A stretch of 64,000 bases of DNA from an uncultured Pseudomonadota bacterium (GCA_963739695.1 CAVUBB010000019.1:96735-160734), one strand, 5' to 3'; positions 1-11,771 are shown, counted from the stretch's first letter. Notes: generated from the sequence alone by a model not told the origin. Translations and numbers: made by a program.

Positions 1-2
1 TA

Positions 3-1328
3 TTTATCTACTCGCCCGAAGACGAAGGTCGCTGGCCGCCTGGTGCGGCCAGTCGCTGGTGGTTGCATCACAGCCTCGTGGAGCTCGACCGCGCATTGCG
101 TGAACGCGGTTCACGGTTGCTGATCGCGCGCGGAACCGCGCCGGACACTCTCGCCCGGATCGTCCGCGAGACCGGTGCCGAGGCGGTGTATGCGCACGGC
201 TTGCCCGAACCGGCTGGCCGGGCACAGAGCAAGCACGTGGCAGCCGCGCTTGCGGTCGAGTTGCGTCTGTTTGATGGCATCACGCTGGTATCGCCGGCGG
301 CGGTCATGACCGGCGGGGGCAGTCCCTACCGAGTCTTCACTCCCTTCTGGCGCAAGTTGCGTGCCGGGTACCAGCCCGGCCCGGCCCTACCCGCGCCTGC
401 CCGGGTGCCTGCGCCTGAACGCCGGCCCGACGGCGAGGTGCTGGACGATCTGGATCTGCTGCCGAACCTCGATTGGGCTGATGGATTTTCGCGCCACTGG
501 ACGCCGGGTGAGGCGGGTGCGCGGAAGCGGTTGCAGCGCTTCTCGCGTACAACCCTGGACAACTATCCGGACCAGCGGGATTTTCCGGCTGCTGCGAGCG
601 TCTCGGGTCTGTCGCCGCATCTGCATTTCGGCGAACTCTCGCCGCGCCAGGTCTGGCATGCGGTGATGCGGGTCGGTTCGGATGCAGAGCGCGCCGAAGC
701 GGCCGAAGGATTTCTGCGCCAACTGGCCTGGCGCGAATTCGGGCATTACCTGCTCTATCATTTTTCCCGCACGCCGCTCGAATCATTGGACGCCCGCTTC
801 GAGCGATTTTCATGGCGGAGCGATGACGAGGCGTTAGCCGCGTGGCAGCAGGGGCGCACTGGATTTCCCATCGTAGATGCCGGGATGCGCGAACTGTGGT
901 ACACGGGCTACATGCACAACCGCGTGCGCATGATCGTGGCGTCGTTCCTGGTCAAGGACTTGCGCATCCATTGGCTCGAAGGCGCACGCTGGTTCTGGGA
1001 CACTCTGGTGGATGCCGATCTCGCCAACAACACGCTGGGCTGGCAATGGGTAGCGGGCTGCGGCGCCGATGCCGCGCCGTACTTCCGTATCTTCAACCCG
1101 TTTTTGCAGAGCCGGAAATTCGACTCCGAGGGTGGGTACTTGCGTCGCTGGCTGCCGGAACTGGCGCGACTGTCCGCGCGCTGGATCCATGCGCCGGCGC
1201 AGGCGCCCTCGTCGGTGCTCGCGGCCGCCGGCGTGCAGCTGGGGCGTGACTATCCGCGGCCCATGGTCGATCACGCGCGCGCGCGCGAGTCGGCGCTGGC
1301 CGCATACCAGGCCCTGCGCGCGGATTGA
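3..1328 (+). CDS. phrB: Deoxyribodipyrimidine (CPD class I) photolyase, 5' end outside window
   Basis: Frame is open from base 3 (FIYSPEDEGRWPPGAASRWWLHHSL). FAD-binding motifs SGLSPHLHFGELSPR, WQQGRTGFPIVDAGMRELWYTGYMHNRVRM, DADLANNTLGWQW, PYFRIFNP. Confidence 0.95.
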   Translation, partial: FIYSPEDEGRWPPGAASRWWLHHSLVELDRALRERGSRLLIARGTAPDTLARIVRETGAEAVYAHGLPEPAGRAQSKHVAAALAVELRLFDGITLVSPAAVMTGGGSPYRVFTPFWRKLRAGYQPGPALPAPARVPAPERRPDGEVLDDLDLLPNLDWADGFSRHWTPGEAGARKRLQRFSRTTLDNYPDQRDFPAAASVSGLSPHLHFGELSPRQVWHAVMRVGSDAERAEAAEGFLRQLAWREFGHYLLYHFSRTPLESLDARFERFSWRSDDEALAAWQQGRTGFPIVDAGMRELWYTGYMHNRVRMIVASFLVKDLRIHWLEGARWFWDTLVDADLANNTLGWQWVAGCGADAAPYFRIFNPFLQSRKFDSEGGYLRRWLPELARLSARWIHAPAQAPSSVLAAAGVQLGRDYPRPMVDHARARESALAAYQALRAD

Positions 1329-1338
1329 GCGGGCAGTT

Positions 1339-3825
1339 CTAGGCGCCGCGCCGTAGTGTCTCGTTGGGCGGTTGGCGCACCACGCTCCAGGTCGCGGCCA
1401 CGCCGCTCGCGCCGACGAGCAGAGTGCCGAACAAGATACCACTCGCGAGCACGCTGAAATCGGGCCTATAGGGCAGGTCGAAGACATGGCCGGCGAGCAG
1501 CCAGCCTGCAGTGGTGGCGGCCACCGCGCCCAGCGATCCGGCGAGCAGCCCGAGCACGCTGTATTCCGCGATCAGCCCTTGCAGTACCGTACGTCGACTG
1601 GCACCCAGCGTGCGCAACAGCGCAGCCTCGAAGCGACGTTCGTCACGGCTGGCCTGCACGGCCGCCAGCAATACCAGCAGTCCCGCGGCAAGTGTGAATA
1701 CGAATACATATTCGACTGCCAGAGTGGCTTGATCCATCACCTCGCGCACCTCGGTGATCAGGGCATCTACATCGATCGGTGTGATGCTGGGAATCTCGCG
1801 CACCAGATCGAGCATCAGTGGCGCCTTCTCGCGCGGAAGATGCACTGCGGTGATGTAGGTTGCCGGGAAACCGTCCAGGCTGCCGGGGCGAAAGACAAGG
1901 AAGAAATTGGGCCGGAAGCTGCCCCAGTCCACCGTGCGCAGGCTGGTGACAGGCGCGGTGATCTGTTCGCCGGCGACGCGGAATGTGAGCCGGTCGCCGA
2001 GTTTTATGCCCAGGGTCTGCGCCCAGCGGCGTTCGACCGAGACCGCCGGACCGGGGCCTTGCTGCCACCAGTGGCCCGCGACGATATGGTTGCCCTTCTG
2101 CAAGTCGTTCTCCCAACTCAGGTTGGCTTCCCGGTTGGCCATGTGTCGCGCTCTGCCTTCGGGCAGGGCATCGGCGTCTACCGTCTTGCCGTCGATTGCG
2201 ATCAGGCGGCCGCGTACCATCGGATACAATCGGGGCGCCTCGAGCCCGTGCGCGGTGAAGAATCGTTCGACGCCGGCCCGGTCGTCCGGCTGGATGTTGA
2301 TCAGGAACTGGTTGGGCGCGTCGGTGGGCAGAGAAGCGCGCCAGCTTTCGATCAGCTGGCCGCGTACCAGCGTGAGCAGCAGCAACACCATCACGCCCAG
2401 ACCGAATGCCACCGTCTGCGCCACGCTCTGGCGGCCGCGACGCAGCACGCTCGCCAGGCCGTAGCGCCAGGCCACGCCCACCCTGGAGCGCAACGGCGCG
2501 AGCAGGCGCAGCAGCAGGCCGGCTCCCGCGCCGAGCAGCAACAGCGTGCCCAGCGTACCGCCGAAGACCCAGCTCGCCAGGCGCGGATCGCGGGTCTGCC
2601 ACACCAGCAGTGTGAGCCAACTCGATAGCGCCAGCGCCATCAGTAGCGATGCCCGCAGCGGTGGCGGCGCCAGTTCGTGGCGCAGCACCCGCGCCGGCGG
2701 CGTCTCGCGCACGCGCAGGATCGGCGGCAGGGCGAAGCCGAGGACCACGCCGAAGCCGGTGCCTGCGGCGGTGATGACCGGCCACGGCGAAGGCGGCGGT
2801 AGCCCGGCCGGCAACAGCCCGGAGAGTAGCCGCACGAGCCCGAGCTGGGCGAGCCAGCCGATGGCGAGTCCCAGCGCGATGGCGGCAAGCGTGACCCAGA
2901 GCAGTTCCAGCGCGAGCAACAGGCCGACGCGACGACGAGACTGGCCGAGGCTGCGCAGGATCGCGACCGTGTCCGTGCGGCGCAGGGCATGGCGTTGCGC
3001 CGCCATCGCCAGCGCCGCGCCCGCTACCAGCACGCTCACCAGTGCGGCAAGGGAGAGGAAGCTTCCGGCGCGATCGAGTGCGTTGCGCGTCTGCGGACGC
3101 GTGTCTTCGACACTCTCTATCTCCTGGCCGTTGGTGAGCCGTGGTGCGAGAGTGGCCCTCACTTTGTTCACTGCGCTGCGTGTGCCTGCCATGAGGAGGC
3201 GATGGTGGACACGACTCGCGGGCCCGACCAGGCGGGTCGCGGCGAGATCGTGCTGATTGAGGACGAGGCTCGACGCCATGGAGCGAAAGCCGAGTGCCTG
3301 ATCGGGTGCATGGTCGAGTATCGCGGTCACGCGCAACTGGCTTGCGCCGACCGAGATCTCGTCGCCCACTTTGACATCCAGCGCGGCCAACAGGCGCGGT
3401 TCGAGCCAGGCCGTTCCGGATGCCGGGATCCCTCCAGCGGGCCGGGTCGGTCCGTAGGCGACAGCGCTCAGGCGTACCTGTCCGCGCAACGGGTAATGCG
3501 CCGAGACCGCGCGCACATCGGCGAGCGCGCTGTGCTCGCCCGCGAGCACCACGCTCGGAAAGCTGGTGATGGTCGCGATGTCGAGCCCGTCTGCGCGCGC
3601 CAGTTCGGCGTAGCTCCTCGGTAGTGCTTCCGCGGAACTGATCACCAGGTCGGCGGCGAGCGCTTCGCCGGCACGCTCGCGCATCGATTCCCGTACCCGA
3701 TCGGTGAACAGTCCCACCGCGCTCACCGCGGCCACCGCGACGATCAGGGCGAGGGCGAGCAACGTCAACTCTCCGGCGCGAAGGCTGCGCCGGAAACTGC
3801 GCCAGGAGACGGCGACGAGGTTCAC
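1339..3825 (-). CDS. ybbP: FtsX/MacB-family (type VII) ABC permease, YbbP-like
   Basis: 828 aa with two FtsX-like TM halves; YPLRG and PNFF motifs; follows the ABC ATPase, next to tesA. Confidence 0.85.
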   Translation of the reverse strand: MNLVAVSWRSFRRSLRAGELTLLALALIVAVAAVSAVGLFTDRVRESMRERAGEALAADLVISSAEALPRSYAELARADGLDIATITSFPSVVLAGEHSALADVRAVSAHYPLRGQVRLSAVAYGPTRPAGGIPASGTAWLEPRLLAALDVKVGDEISVGASQLRVTAILDHAPDQALGFRSMASSLVLNQHDLAATRLVGPASRVHHRLLMAGTRSAVNKVRATLAPRLTNGQEIESVEDTRPQTRNALDRAGSFLSLAALVSVLVAGAALAMAAQRHALRRTDTVAILRSLGQSRRRVGLLLALELLWVTLAAIALGLAIGWLAQLGLVRLLSGLLPAGLPPPSPWPVITAAGTGFGVVLGFALPPILRVRETPPARVLRHELAPPPLRASLLMALALSSWLTLLVWQTRDPRLASWVFGGTLGTLLLLGAGAGLLLRLLAPLRSRVGVAWRYGLASVLRRGRQSVAQTVAFGLGVMVLLLLTLVRGQLIESWRASLPTDAPNQFLINIQPDDRAGVERFFTAHGLEAPRLYPMVRGRLIAIDGKTVDADALPEGRARHMANREANLSWENDLQKGNHIVAGHWWQQGPGPAVSVERRWAQTLGIKLGDRLTFRVAGEQITAPVTSLRTVDWGSFRPNFFLVFRPGSLDGFPATYITAVHLPREKAPLMLDLVREIPSITPIDVDALITEVREVMDQATLAVEYVFVFTLAAGLLVLLAAVQASRDERRFEAALLRTLGASRRTVLQGLIAEYSVLGLLAGSLGAVAATTAGWLLAGHVFDLPYRPDFSVLASGILFGTLLVGASGVAATWSVVRQPPNETLRRGA

Positions 3826-4508
3826 GCCTGCGCCTCGAGATGACCATTGGCAAGCACCAGGCGACGCCGGCAGCGTCCAGCCAGGCTCTCGTCATGGGTG
3901 ACCATCACCAGGGTGGTGCCGGCATCTCGGTTCATGTCCACCAGCAGGTCGATGATGGTAGCCCCGGTGCGGATGTCGAGGTTACCGGTCGGTTCGTCGG
4001 CGAACAGGATGGCCGGGCGGTTGGCGAAGGCGCGGGCGATGGCGACGCGCTGTTGTTCGCCGCCCGAGAGCTTGTGCGGATAATGGTGCAGCCGCGTCCC
4101 CAGGCCGACTGCGGTCATCGCCGCGCGGGCACCAGCCGCCGGATCGGTGTTGCCGGCCAGTTCCAGCGGCAGCATCACATTCTCCAGCGCGGTGAGGCCG
4201 GGCAGCAGATGGAAGGCCTGGAACACGAAACCGACATGCCGGGCGCGCAGCGCCGCGCGACCGTCTTCGTCCATCGCCGTCAACTCTTCGCCGGCCAGCC
4301 AGATCTGGCCGCGGGTCGGTGTGTCGAGGCCGGCGAGCAGGCTGAGAAGGGTAGTCTTGCCTGAACCCGATGCTCCGAGGATGGCAACCGCTTCGCCGCG
4401 GGCGACGTCGAGGTCGACGCCATCGAGGATGGTCAGTGTCCCGTCCGGGCTGATAACCTGCTTGGCGAGGCTTTTGCAGCGCAGGACGGAATCGGCGGTA
4501 TCGGGCAT
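3822..4508 (-). CDS. ybbA: ABC transporter ATP-binding protein, YbbA-like
   Basis: Walker A GASGSGKT, signature [18 protein letters not shown]. Start placed at ATG 4508 (alternative 4535). Confidence 0.9.
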   Translation of the reverse strand: MPDTADSVLRCKSLAKQVISPDGTLTILDGVDLDVARGEAVAILGASGSGKTTLLSLLAGLDTPTRGQIWLAGEELTAMDEDGRAALRARHVGFVFQAFHLLPGLTALENVMLPLELAGNTDPAAGARAAMTAVGLGTRLHHYPHKLSGGEQQRVAIARAFANRPAILFADEPTGNLDIRTGATIIDLLVDMNRDAGTTLVMVTHDESLAGRCRRRLVLANGHLEAQA

Positions 4509-5145
4509 GTCCAGAACGCTCATCTTTTTGCTCATCCTATGCTTAGCGCCCGCGGCGCAGGCCGCAGGCGGCGTGATCCTCGTGGTCGGCGATAGCCTGA
4601 GTGCGGGTTACGGCGTCGATCTGGGCAAGGGCTGGGTCGACCTGCTCCAGCGCCGGCTCGCCGAGCGCCACCTAGGTTACACCGTCGTCAACGCCAGCAT
4701 CAGCGGCGATACCACCAGCGGCGCCCTTGCGCGTCTGCCGGCCGCTCTGCGCCAACATCATCCCGACGTCGTCATCCTGGAGCTCGGTGCCAATGACGGT
4801 CTTCGCGGCCAGCCGGTCTCGCAGATGCGTTCCAACCTGCGGCGGATGATCGGCATGAGCCGCAAGGCCGGTGCGCGCGTGTTGCTGCTGGGAATCGAGC
4901 TCCCTCCCAATTATGGCCCCGCCTACACGCAAAAGTTCGCCGCGGTCTATACGGACCTCGCGCACCAGACCGGCGTCGCGTTCCTGCCGTTCCTGCTCGA
5001 AGGGGTGGCTCAGGACCGCAGCCTTATGCAGGCCGACGATCTGCACCCCAACGCCGCCGGGCAGCCGCGCCTGCTCGAAAATGTATGGCCCAGTCTTGCG
5101 CCCCTGCTTCGGCAACCGCAGCATGAGGGCGCAACCGGCCAGTGA
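4507..5145 (+). CDS. tesA: Periplasmic SGNH/GDSL arylesterase / acyl-CoA thioesterase I
   Basis: Signal peptide [52 protein letters not shown]. True start is internal to track ORF 4147..5145. Confidence 0.92.
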   Translation: MSRTLIFLLILCLAPAAQAAGGVILVVGDSLSAGYGVDLGKGWVDLLQRRLAERHLGYTVVNASISGDTTSGALARLPAALRQHHPDVVILELGANDGLRGQPVSQMRSNLRRMIGMSRKAGARVLLLGIELPPNYGPAYTQKFAAVYTDLAHQTGVAFLPFLLEGVAQDRSLMQADDLHPNAAGQPRLLENVWPSLAPLLRQPQHEGATGQ

Positions 5146-5315
5146 GGGTGGTTGTTCGGGGCCGGTGCGAGCAGCGGACCGGCACGGTCCTTGCCCTCTC
5201 CAGCCGGCCGATGCTATACCTAACTTGAACCCGGAAAGACACTGCTTCTGCCCGGGGATGCCAACGATGCGCTCCGCGCGGCGACCGGTCGGAGGGTGTG
5301 ACAGAGGAGAACTGC

Positions 5316-6986
5316 GTGGAGAAGGTCTGGCTGAAAAACTATCCGGAGGGGATCCCCGCCGAGATCGACCTGGACGCGTACAGCTCGCTCAAGGATATCC
5401 TCGAGCAAAGCTGTGAGCGCTACCGCGACTATCCTGCCTTCGCCAATCTGGGCACTTCTCTCACCTATGCCGATATCGATCAGCAGAGCCGCTACTTCGG
5501 CGCCTATCTGCAGCGGGTGGTCGGGCTGAAAAAAGGCGATCGCGTCGCCTTGATGATGCCCAACATACTGCAGTATCCGGTCGCCCTGTTCGGGGTCCTG
5601 CGCGCCGGTATGGTGGTGGTGAACGTGAACCCCATGTATACGGCCTGGGAACTCGAACACCAACTCAAGGATTCCGGTGCCAAGGCTATCGTGATCCTCG
5701 AAAACTTCGCCAACACCCTGGCCGAAGCCATCGACAAGACGGATGTGAACACGGTGCTGCTGACCCGGGTGGGTGACATGTTGCCGGCGCCGAAATCCTG
5801 GCTGGTCAATTTCGTCGTCAAGCATGTGAAGAAGAAAGTTCCGGAATTCAGTCTGCCCGGAGCCATCTCGTTCCATCATGCGCTGGCGGAAGGTAAATGG
5901 CAGACGCTCGAAGACGTCAGCCTCGATCATGACGACATCGCTTTCCTCCAGTACACCGGCGGCACCACCGGCGTCGCCAAGGGCTGCATCCTCACGCACG
6001 GCAACATGGTGGCCAATCTGCAGCAGGCCTCGGCCTGGCTGCAGCCGCTCGTCCACGAAGGCGAGGAGATCATCATCACGGCGCTGCCGCTCTACCATAT
6101 CTTCTCGTTGACGGCGAACTGTCTGGTGTTCATGAAGGCGGGCGGATTGAATGTGCTCATCACCGATCCGCGCGACATGAAGAGCTTCGTGAAGACGCTG
6201 GGGCACTACAAATTCACTTCGATGACCGGCGTGAACACGCTTTTCAACGGCCTGCTGCATGCCCCGGGTTTCACCGAACTCGACTTCGCCAGTCTGCGCA
6301 TGACCCTGGGTGGCGGCATGGCTGTGCAGCGTGCGGTGGCCGAACGCTGGAAGGAAGTGACGGGTGTGACGCTGGTCGAGGCCTACGGTCTCACGGAGAC
6401 GGCCCCCGCGGCCTGCATCAACCCGCTGACGCTGGCCGAGTACAATGGGACTATCGGTCTGCCGTTGCCGTCGACCGATGTCTCGATCCGCGACGAACAT
6501 GGCGAGGAACTCGGTTTCGATCAGCCCGGCGAACTCTGGATCAAGGGGCCACAGGTCACCCCGGGGTACTGGAACCGACCCGAGGAGACGCGCAAGGCGC
6601 TTACCGACGACTGGCTGCACACGGGCGATGTCGCGAGTATCGACAAGGAAGGCTTCCTGCGCATCGTCGATCGCAAGAAGGACATGATCCTGGTCTCCGG
6701 CTTCAACGTCTACCCCAACGAAGTCGAAGGCGTGATTGCCATGATGTCGCAGGTGCTCGAAGTGGCTGCCGTCGGCGTGCCGGACGAGCATTCGACCGAG
6801 GCGGTGAAAGTCTTCATCGTGAAGAAGGATCCGTCGCTCACCGCGGAACAGGTGATCGAGCACTGCCGCAAATACATGACCCGGTACAAGATCCCGAGCT
6901 ATGTCGAATTCCGCGACGAATTACCCAAGTCGAATGTGGGCAAGATCCTGCGCCGCGCGCTGCGCGACGAGGTGGCAAAGGCTTAG
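5316..6986 (+). CDS. fadD: Long-chain-fatty-acid--CoA ligase
   Basis: AMP-binding motif [52 protein letters not shown] start after GAGGAG. Confidence 0.93.
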   Translation: MEKVWLKNYPEGIPAEIDLDAYSSLKDILEQSCERYRDYPAFANLGTSLTYADIDQQSRYFGAYLQRVVGLKKGDRVALMMPNILQYPVALFGVLRAGMVVVNVNPMYTAWELEHQLKDSGAKAIVILENFANTLAEAIDKTDVNTVLLTRVGDMLPAPKSWLVNFVVKHVKKKVPEFSLPGAISFHHALAEGKWQTLEDVSLDHDDIAFLQYTGGTTGVAKGCILTHGNMVANLQQASAWLQPLVHEGEEIIITALPLYHIFSLTANCLVFMKAGGLNVLITDPRDMKSFVKTLGHYKFTSMTGVNTLFNGLLHAPGFTELDFASLRMTLGGGMAVQRAVAERWKEVTGVTLVEAYGLTETAPAACINPLTLAEYNGTIGLPLPSTDVSIRDEHGEELGFDQPGELWIKGPQVTPGYWNRPEETRKALTDDWLHTGDVASIDKEGFLRIVDRKKDMILVSGFNVYPNEVEGVIAMMSQVLEVAAVGVPDEHSTEAVKVFIVKKDPSLTAEQVIEHCRKYMTRYKIPSYVEFRDELPKSNVGKILRRALRDEVAKA

Positions 6987-8233
6987 AGCAGGCGGCTCAG
7001 CGCGTAGATGGCCAGGCCGGCAAGGCCGCCCACCAGGGTGCCGTTGATGCGGATGAACTGCAGATCGCGCCCGACCTGCAATTCGATGCGCTCGGCAGTG
7101 GAGACCGGATCCCACGTCTTCACCGTCTCGGTGATGATTCCCGCGAGTTCTTCCCGATAGCGCGTCACCAGACGTAGTGTGGCGTCGCTCAGCCAGCGGT
7201 TGATCTCCGCGCCCATCGCAGGATCGGCCGCGAGCGCGGCGCCGAAGCGTTCCATGCCCGAATCAACCTGGCGGCGCAGACGCGATTCCGGATCGCGTGC
7301 CTCGCGCAGCAATACCGCACTCAGTTCGCCCCATAATTCCGCGAGATAGGCGCGCAGCCGGGGGTGCTCGAGCAATTCATGCTTCAGAGCTTCGCCGCGT
7401 GCGATATACGTCGGGTCTGATTTCAGTTTGCCGATGAATTCGTCTAACGCCTGGCTGAATCGGCGCCTCGCCTCGTGTTCGTCGTCGGCACCTACGGCGT
7501 CAAGTAAGCCCTCGATCTCGGTGATCAGCTTGTCGTAGATCTCTTGATCGACGAAGCGTGGCAGCCACCAAGGGCTGCTCTCGCCAACACGTTCGCGCAG
7601 GCGCGCCTTGTTCTCCTCCAGGGTCCGCCGTCCGGCACGGACCAGTGCGTCGAGAAGCTGCTGATAATGTTCACCGCTGGTGAGCAGATCGAGTACCCGG
7701 CCGATGAACGGAGTGAGTTCGATCTCGCGCAGGCTCAGATGCAGCTGATCGTGCATGAACGCGCGCAGTTCGACGTTATCGACCAGCCGCGTCATCCAGC
7801 CGGTGAATGCGGCTGCATCTTCGGTCAGGCGCATGCGGTTAGCCGGCGTTGCCAGCCAGCCAGCGACGTAGCCGGTGAAGTCCATGCCTTCGAGGCGCGG
7901 TGCCAGCGCATCTGCGGTAAGGAAGTTTTCCTGCACGAAGCGGGCGAGGTTCTCGCCGATCTCGTCCTTGCGCCGCGGGATTATCGCAGTATGCGGGATA
8001 GGCAACCCCAGCGGGCGGCGGAACAGTGCGGTTACGGCAAACCAGTCGGCCAGTGCGCCAACCATCGCGGCTTCGGAGAAGGCGCGCAGATAACCGGTCC
8101 AGGCCCAGGCGGCGCCGATGGTCTCGCTCCACACGTAAACCGCCGCCATGACGAGCAGCAGGGCCAGCGCGAGCAGCTTCATGCGCCGAAGCCGCAGGCG
8201 TTGGGCGTCGTCTCCGTCAGTCTGCGTTGCCAT
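6983..8233 (-). CDS. DUF445 (YjiN-like) membrane-anchored protein
   Basis: [33 protein letters not shown] at the N-terminus; [16 protein letters not shown] at the C-terminus. Confidence 0.88.
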   Translation of the reverse strand: MATQTDGDDAQRLRLRRMKLLALALLLVMAAVYVWSETIGAAWAWTGYLRAFSEAAMVGALADWFAVTALFRRPLGLPIPHTAIIPRRKDEIGENLARFVQENFLTADALAPRLEGMDFTGYVAGWLATPANRMRLTEDAAAFTGWMTRLVDNVELRAFMHDQLHLSLREIELTPFIGRVLDLLTSGEHYQQLLDALVRAGRRTLEENKARLRERVGESSPWWLPRFVDQEIYDKLITEIEGLLDAVGADDEHEARRRFSQALDEFIGKLKSDPTYIARGEALKHELLEHPRLRAYLAELWGELSAVLLREARDPESRLRRQVDSGMERFGAALAADPAMGAEINRWLSDATLRLVTRYREELAGIITETVKTWDPVSTAERIELQVGRDLQFIRINGTLVGGLAGLAIYALSRLL

Positions 8234-8265
8234 AGCGGTCTCTCCGCCGGCGCGGGTGCGGTGCT

Positions 8266-9345
8266 TCAGGTATCCTGATGGTAACGGGGGCTGAGTTCAT
8301 GCACGGCTTCCACCAGGGCCGCGACGTGCTCCGGGTCGACGCTGGGAGTGATGCCGTGCCCCAGGTTGAAGACATGTCCACTCCCGGCACCATAGCTTTG
8401 CAGTATCCGATCGACTTCGGCCCGGATATGTTCCGGCGCGGCATACAGTGCCGCAGGGTCGAGATTGCCCTGCAATGCCACCTGCTCGCCGACCCGCCGC
8501 CGCGCTTCGCCGATATCGACAGTCCAGTCGAGGCCCAGCGCGTCGCATCCGGTGCGTGCCTGCGCTTCCAGCCAGCCCGCGCCGCCCTTGGTGAACAGGA
8601 TGACCGGAACTCGTCGTTCCTCATGCTCATGCACCAGGGACTGGACGATCTGTTGCATGTAGCGCAGCGAGAATTCCAGGTAACCGGCCGGGGTGAGGGT
8701 GCCGCCCCAGGTATCGAAGATCATGACCGCTTGCGCGCCCGCTGCGATCTGAGCGTTGAGATAGGCGGCGACGGATTCCGCCAGCACCCCGAGCAAGGCA
8801 TGCAGGCACTCCGGCTGTTCGTAGAGCATCGCCTTGATGCGGGCAAAATCCTTGCTTGAACCGCCCTCGACCATGTACGTGGCAAGTGTCCATGGGCTCC
8901 CGGAAAAGCCGATCAACGGTACGCGCCCGTCGAGTTCGCGTCGGATGAGGCGCACGGTATCGAGGACGTAGGCCAGATCCGACTCGGGATCAGGGACTCC
9001 CAGGCGCGCCACATCCGCCTGCGTGCGTACCGGGCGTTCGAAGCGCGGACCTTCGCCGGTCTCGAAGTAGAGTCCCAGGCCCATCGCATCGGGGATAGTG
9101 AGGATGTCGGAGAACAGGATCGCGGCATCCAGTTCGAAGCGGCGCAGAGGCTGCAGGGTGACTTCGCAGGCCAGTTCCGGGTTGCGCATGAGCTTGACGA
9201 AGCTTCCCGCCTGGCCGCGCGTCTCCCGGTATTCGGGCAGGTAGCGCCCCGCCTGGCGCATGAGCCAGATCGGCGTGCGATCGACGGGTTCGCGCAGCAG
9301 CGCGCGCAGCAGCCGGTCATTGCTAAGCGGCTTGGTCATGCTCAT
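8266..9345 (-). CDS. hemE: Uroporphyrinogen decarboxylase
   Basis: [32 protein letters not shown]. Start overlaps the pyrF stop (ATGA). Confidence 0.96.
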   Translation of the reverse strand: MSMTKPLSNDRLLRALLREPVDRTPIWLMRQAGRYLPEYRETRGQAGSFVKLMRNPELACEVTLQPLRRFELDAAILFSDILTIPDAMGLGLYFETGEGPRFERPVRTQADVARLGVPDPESDLAYVLDTVRLIRRELDGRVPLIGFSGSPWTLATYMVEGGSSKDFARIKAMLYEQPECLHALLGVLAESVAAYLNAQIAAGAQAVMIFDTWGGTLTPAGYLEFSLRYMQQIVQSLVHEHEERRVPVILFTKGGAGWLEAQARTGCDALGLDWTVDIGEARRRVGEQVALQGNLDPAALYAAPEHIRAEVDRILQSYGAGSGHVFNLGHGITPSVDPEHVAALVEAVHELSPRYHQDT

Positions 9346-10076
9346 GCTCCCTGATCGGCGAAGACGGCCGCGATCTCGGCCTGGATGGCCTGGGCTGCCG
9401 CACGTGGATCGGCGGCATTGCGGATAGGTCTTCCGACGACGATGTAGTCGGCGCCGTTGGCGAACGCCTGCGTGGGGCTGACCACGCGCTTCTGATCGTC
9501 CTCCGGGCGATTGTCGACCGGCCGTATGCCCGGCGTGACCACCAGTAGTCGCTGGTCGATATACTCGCGCAGCCTGGGCGCTTCCAGGCCTGAAGAGATG
9601 ACGCCGTCGCAGCCCGCTTCCAGTGCGCGCCGCGCGCGCGAGAGCACCAACTCCTCGATATCGCACTGGAAACCCAGGTCATCCAGGTCGCCACGGTCGA
9701 GGCTGGTGAGCACTGTCACCGCCAGTATCTTCAGATCGCCCTTGGCGGCTGCCGCGGCCTCCATGATCGACTGGTTGCCATGGACTGTCGCGAAGGTGGC
9801 ACCACGCTTGCTCAGCTGGCGCACGGCGGCGGCCACGGTCGCGGGTACGTCGAAGAATTTGAGGTCCACGAAGACCTGTTTGCCTTGTGCGGTCAACCAG
9901 TCGATCAGCTCGAAGTAGCCACCGGCCATGAACAGCTCCAGCCCCAGCTTGTAGAACTGGACGCTGTCGCCGAGTGTCTCCACCAATGCGCGGGCCTGAT
10001 CGGCGTCGGCGACATCGAGGGCGAATATGAGGCGTTGACGGGGGTCGATGGGCTTGCTGGAAAGCGTGTCGCTCAT
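9342..10076 (-). CDS. pyrF: Orotidine-5'-phosphate decarboxylase
   Basis: [38 protein letters not shown]. Confidence 0.95.
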   Translation of the reverse strand: MSDTLSSKPIDPRQRLIFALDVADADQARALVETLGDSVQFYKLGLELFMAGGYFELIDWLTAQGKQVFVDLKFFDVPATVAAAVRQLSKRGATFATVHGNQSIMEAAAAAKGDLKILAVTVLTSLDRGDLDDLGFQCDIEELVLSRARRALEAGCDGVISSGLEAPRLREYIDQRLLVVTPGIRPVDNRPEDDQKRVVSPTQAFANGADYIVVGRPIRNAADPRAAAQAIQAEIAAVFADQGA

Positions 10077-10104
10077 GCTCAAAGGGCTCCTCCTGATGGG
10101 CGCC

Positions 10105-10113
10105 ATTCTAGCA
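10105..10113 (-). promoter_or_regulatory. Putative extended -10 promoter (TGcTAGAAT) for pyrF-hemE
   Basis: Minus strand reads TGCTAGAAT about 30 nt upstream of the pyrF ATG. Confidence 0.45.
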
Positions 10114-10134
10114 TGTTCGTCCGTCGGGGCCGGG

Positions 10135-11208
10135 TCAGGTATCGAGCACCTCAGCCAGTGCTGTGGCCGGATAGTCCGCGGTGACGACCGGGCTGCCGAT
10201 CGCCCGCAGCAACACCAGGCGCAAGCGGCCGTCGCGGACTTTCTTGTCGTGCTGCATCAGCTGGATCATCCGCTCCGGCGCTAGCGCCGGGCGGCGGGTC
10301 GGCAGCCCGGCGCGATCGAGCAATGTGGCGATCCGCGTGACTGAATCCGCATCCAGCCAGCCCATCTGCGCCGAAAGGCGTGCGGCGAGGACCATGCCGA
10401 CCGCCACCGCCTCGCCATGCAGCCAGTTGCCGTAGCCGATGCCGGCTTCGATCGCGTGACCGAAGGTATGGCCGAGATTGAGGATCGCCCTTCGGCCGGA
10501 CTCGCGCTCATCCGCGCAGACGATGCCGGCTTTGATGCGGCAGCAGCGTGCGATCGCTTGCTGCAGCAGGTCCGGGTCACGCGCGTCCAGACCCGCCATA
10601 TTCGATTCGAGCCAGTCGAAGAAGCCGGCATCGGCGACGAGCCCGTATTTAACGACTTCGGCCAGGCCGGCACGAAACTGGCGCGCATCCAGCGTGGCCA
10701 GTGTGTCGGTGTCGACGATGACGGCCGAGGGTTGGTGGAAAGCACCGATGAGGTTCTTTCCCGATGGATGGTTGACACCGGTCTTGCCGCCGACCGATGA
10801 GTCCACCTGCGCGAGCAGGGTAGTGGGTATCTGGATGAACTCGACCCCGCGCAGGAAGCTGGCGGCGGCGAAGCCCGCCATGTCGCCGACGACGCCACCA
10901 CCCAGCGCCACCACGACACAATCGCGGCTCATGCCGGCATCGAGCATGGCATCGAAGAGGGTGCTGATGGTCGCCAGCGTCTTGTGTTCCTCACCGCTTG
11001 GCAGCGCGACAGTGCAGTGCGCCGGTCCAGATGCGGGAAGCGCCGCAAGCAGTCGTTCCAGATACAGCGGTGCGACTATGTCGTCGGTGACTATGCAGAC
11101 GCTGCGGTCGGCGAGCAGGGCAGCTGCACGTTCGGTGAGGATCCCGGCACCGACATCGATCGGGTAGCCGCGGCCGGGCAGGTCCACGGTGAGCATATGG
11201 TGGGTCAA
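10135..11208 (-). CDS. aroB: 3-dehydroquinate synthase
   Basis: GGGVVGDMAGF, PTTLLAQVDSSVGGKTGVN, LNLGHTFGHAIE, LHGEAV. Confidence 0.96.
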   Translation of the reverse strand: MTHHMLTVDLPGRGYPIDVGAGILTERAAALLADRSVCIVTDDIVAPLYLERLLAALPASGPAHCTVALPSGEEHKTLATISTLFDAMLDAGMSRDCVVVALGGGVVGDMAGFAAASFLRGVEFIQIPTTLLAQVDSSVGGKTGVNHPSGKNLIGAFHQPSAVIVDTDTLATLDARQFRAGLAEVVKYGLVADAGFFDWLESNMAGLDARDPDLLQQAIARCCRIKAGIVCADERESGRRAILNLGHTFGHAIEAGIGYGNWLHGEAVAVGMVLAARLSAQMGWLDADSVTRIATLLDRAGLPTRRPALAPERMIQLMQHDKKVRDGRLRLVLLRAIGSPVVTADYPATALAEVLDT

Positions 11209-11762
11209 GCTCGATCTGCATCCTCTGTCTGGAGCCGCTGGACGATCTCGCTGGCGACGGTACGCACGTGCTTATGGTCGGTGTTGATGCTGATATGCGC
11301 AAGTTCCCTGTACAGCGCTTCTCGCTGCTCGAACAGTTCCGCGAGCCTGGTCTGGCGTTCGGCTCGATCCGCACCCGCGAGCAGAGGCCGGTGCGCCGTC
11401 CTCTGGGTCCGCGCGGCCTGGACCGCGATCGACGTCTCCAGGTAGATCACCAGAGTGCGCTCGCGGAGCAAGGCTCGATTGGCCGGATCGAGGATGGTAC
11501 CGCCACCGGTCGCGATCACGATGCGACCGAGATCGAGCAGTTCCTCAAGTACGGTGTGTTCCCGGCGCCGGAATCCGGTCTCGCCTTCCAACTCGAATAC
11601 CAGCGACAGCTCGACACCGGTTCGGCGTTCGATCTCCTGGTCGGTATCGTGGAACGGGTAGTCCAAGGCACGCGCGAGCTGGCGGCCTATGGCCGTCTTG
11701 CCCGCGCCCATCGGGCCGATGAGAGCGATGGCGGGATTAGACGCGGTTGGTGGATTCAACAA
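11205..11762 (-). CDS. aroK: Shikimate kinase
   Basis: GPMGAGKT, EGETGFRRRE, ATGGG, RPLL; upstream of aroB. Confidence 0.95.
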   Translation of the reverse strand: MLNPPTASNPAIALIGPMGAGKTAIGRQLARALDYPFHDTDQEIERRTGVELSLVFELEGETGFRRREHTVLEELLDLGRIVIATGGGTILDPANRALLRERTLVIYLETSIAVQAARTQRTAHRPLLAGADRAERQTRLAELFEQREALYRELAHISINTDHKHVRTVASEIVQRLQTEDADRA

Positions 11763-11771
11763 ATGTCAGGC

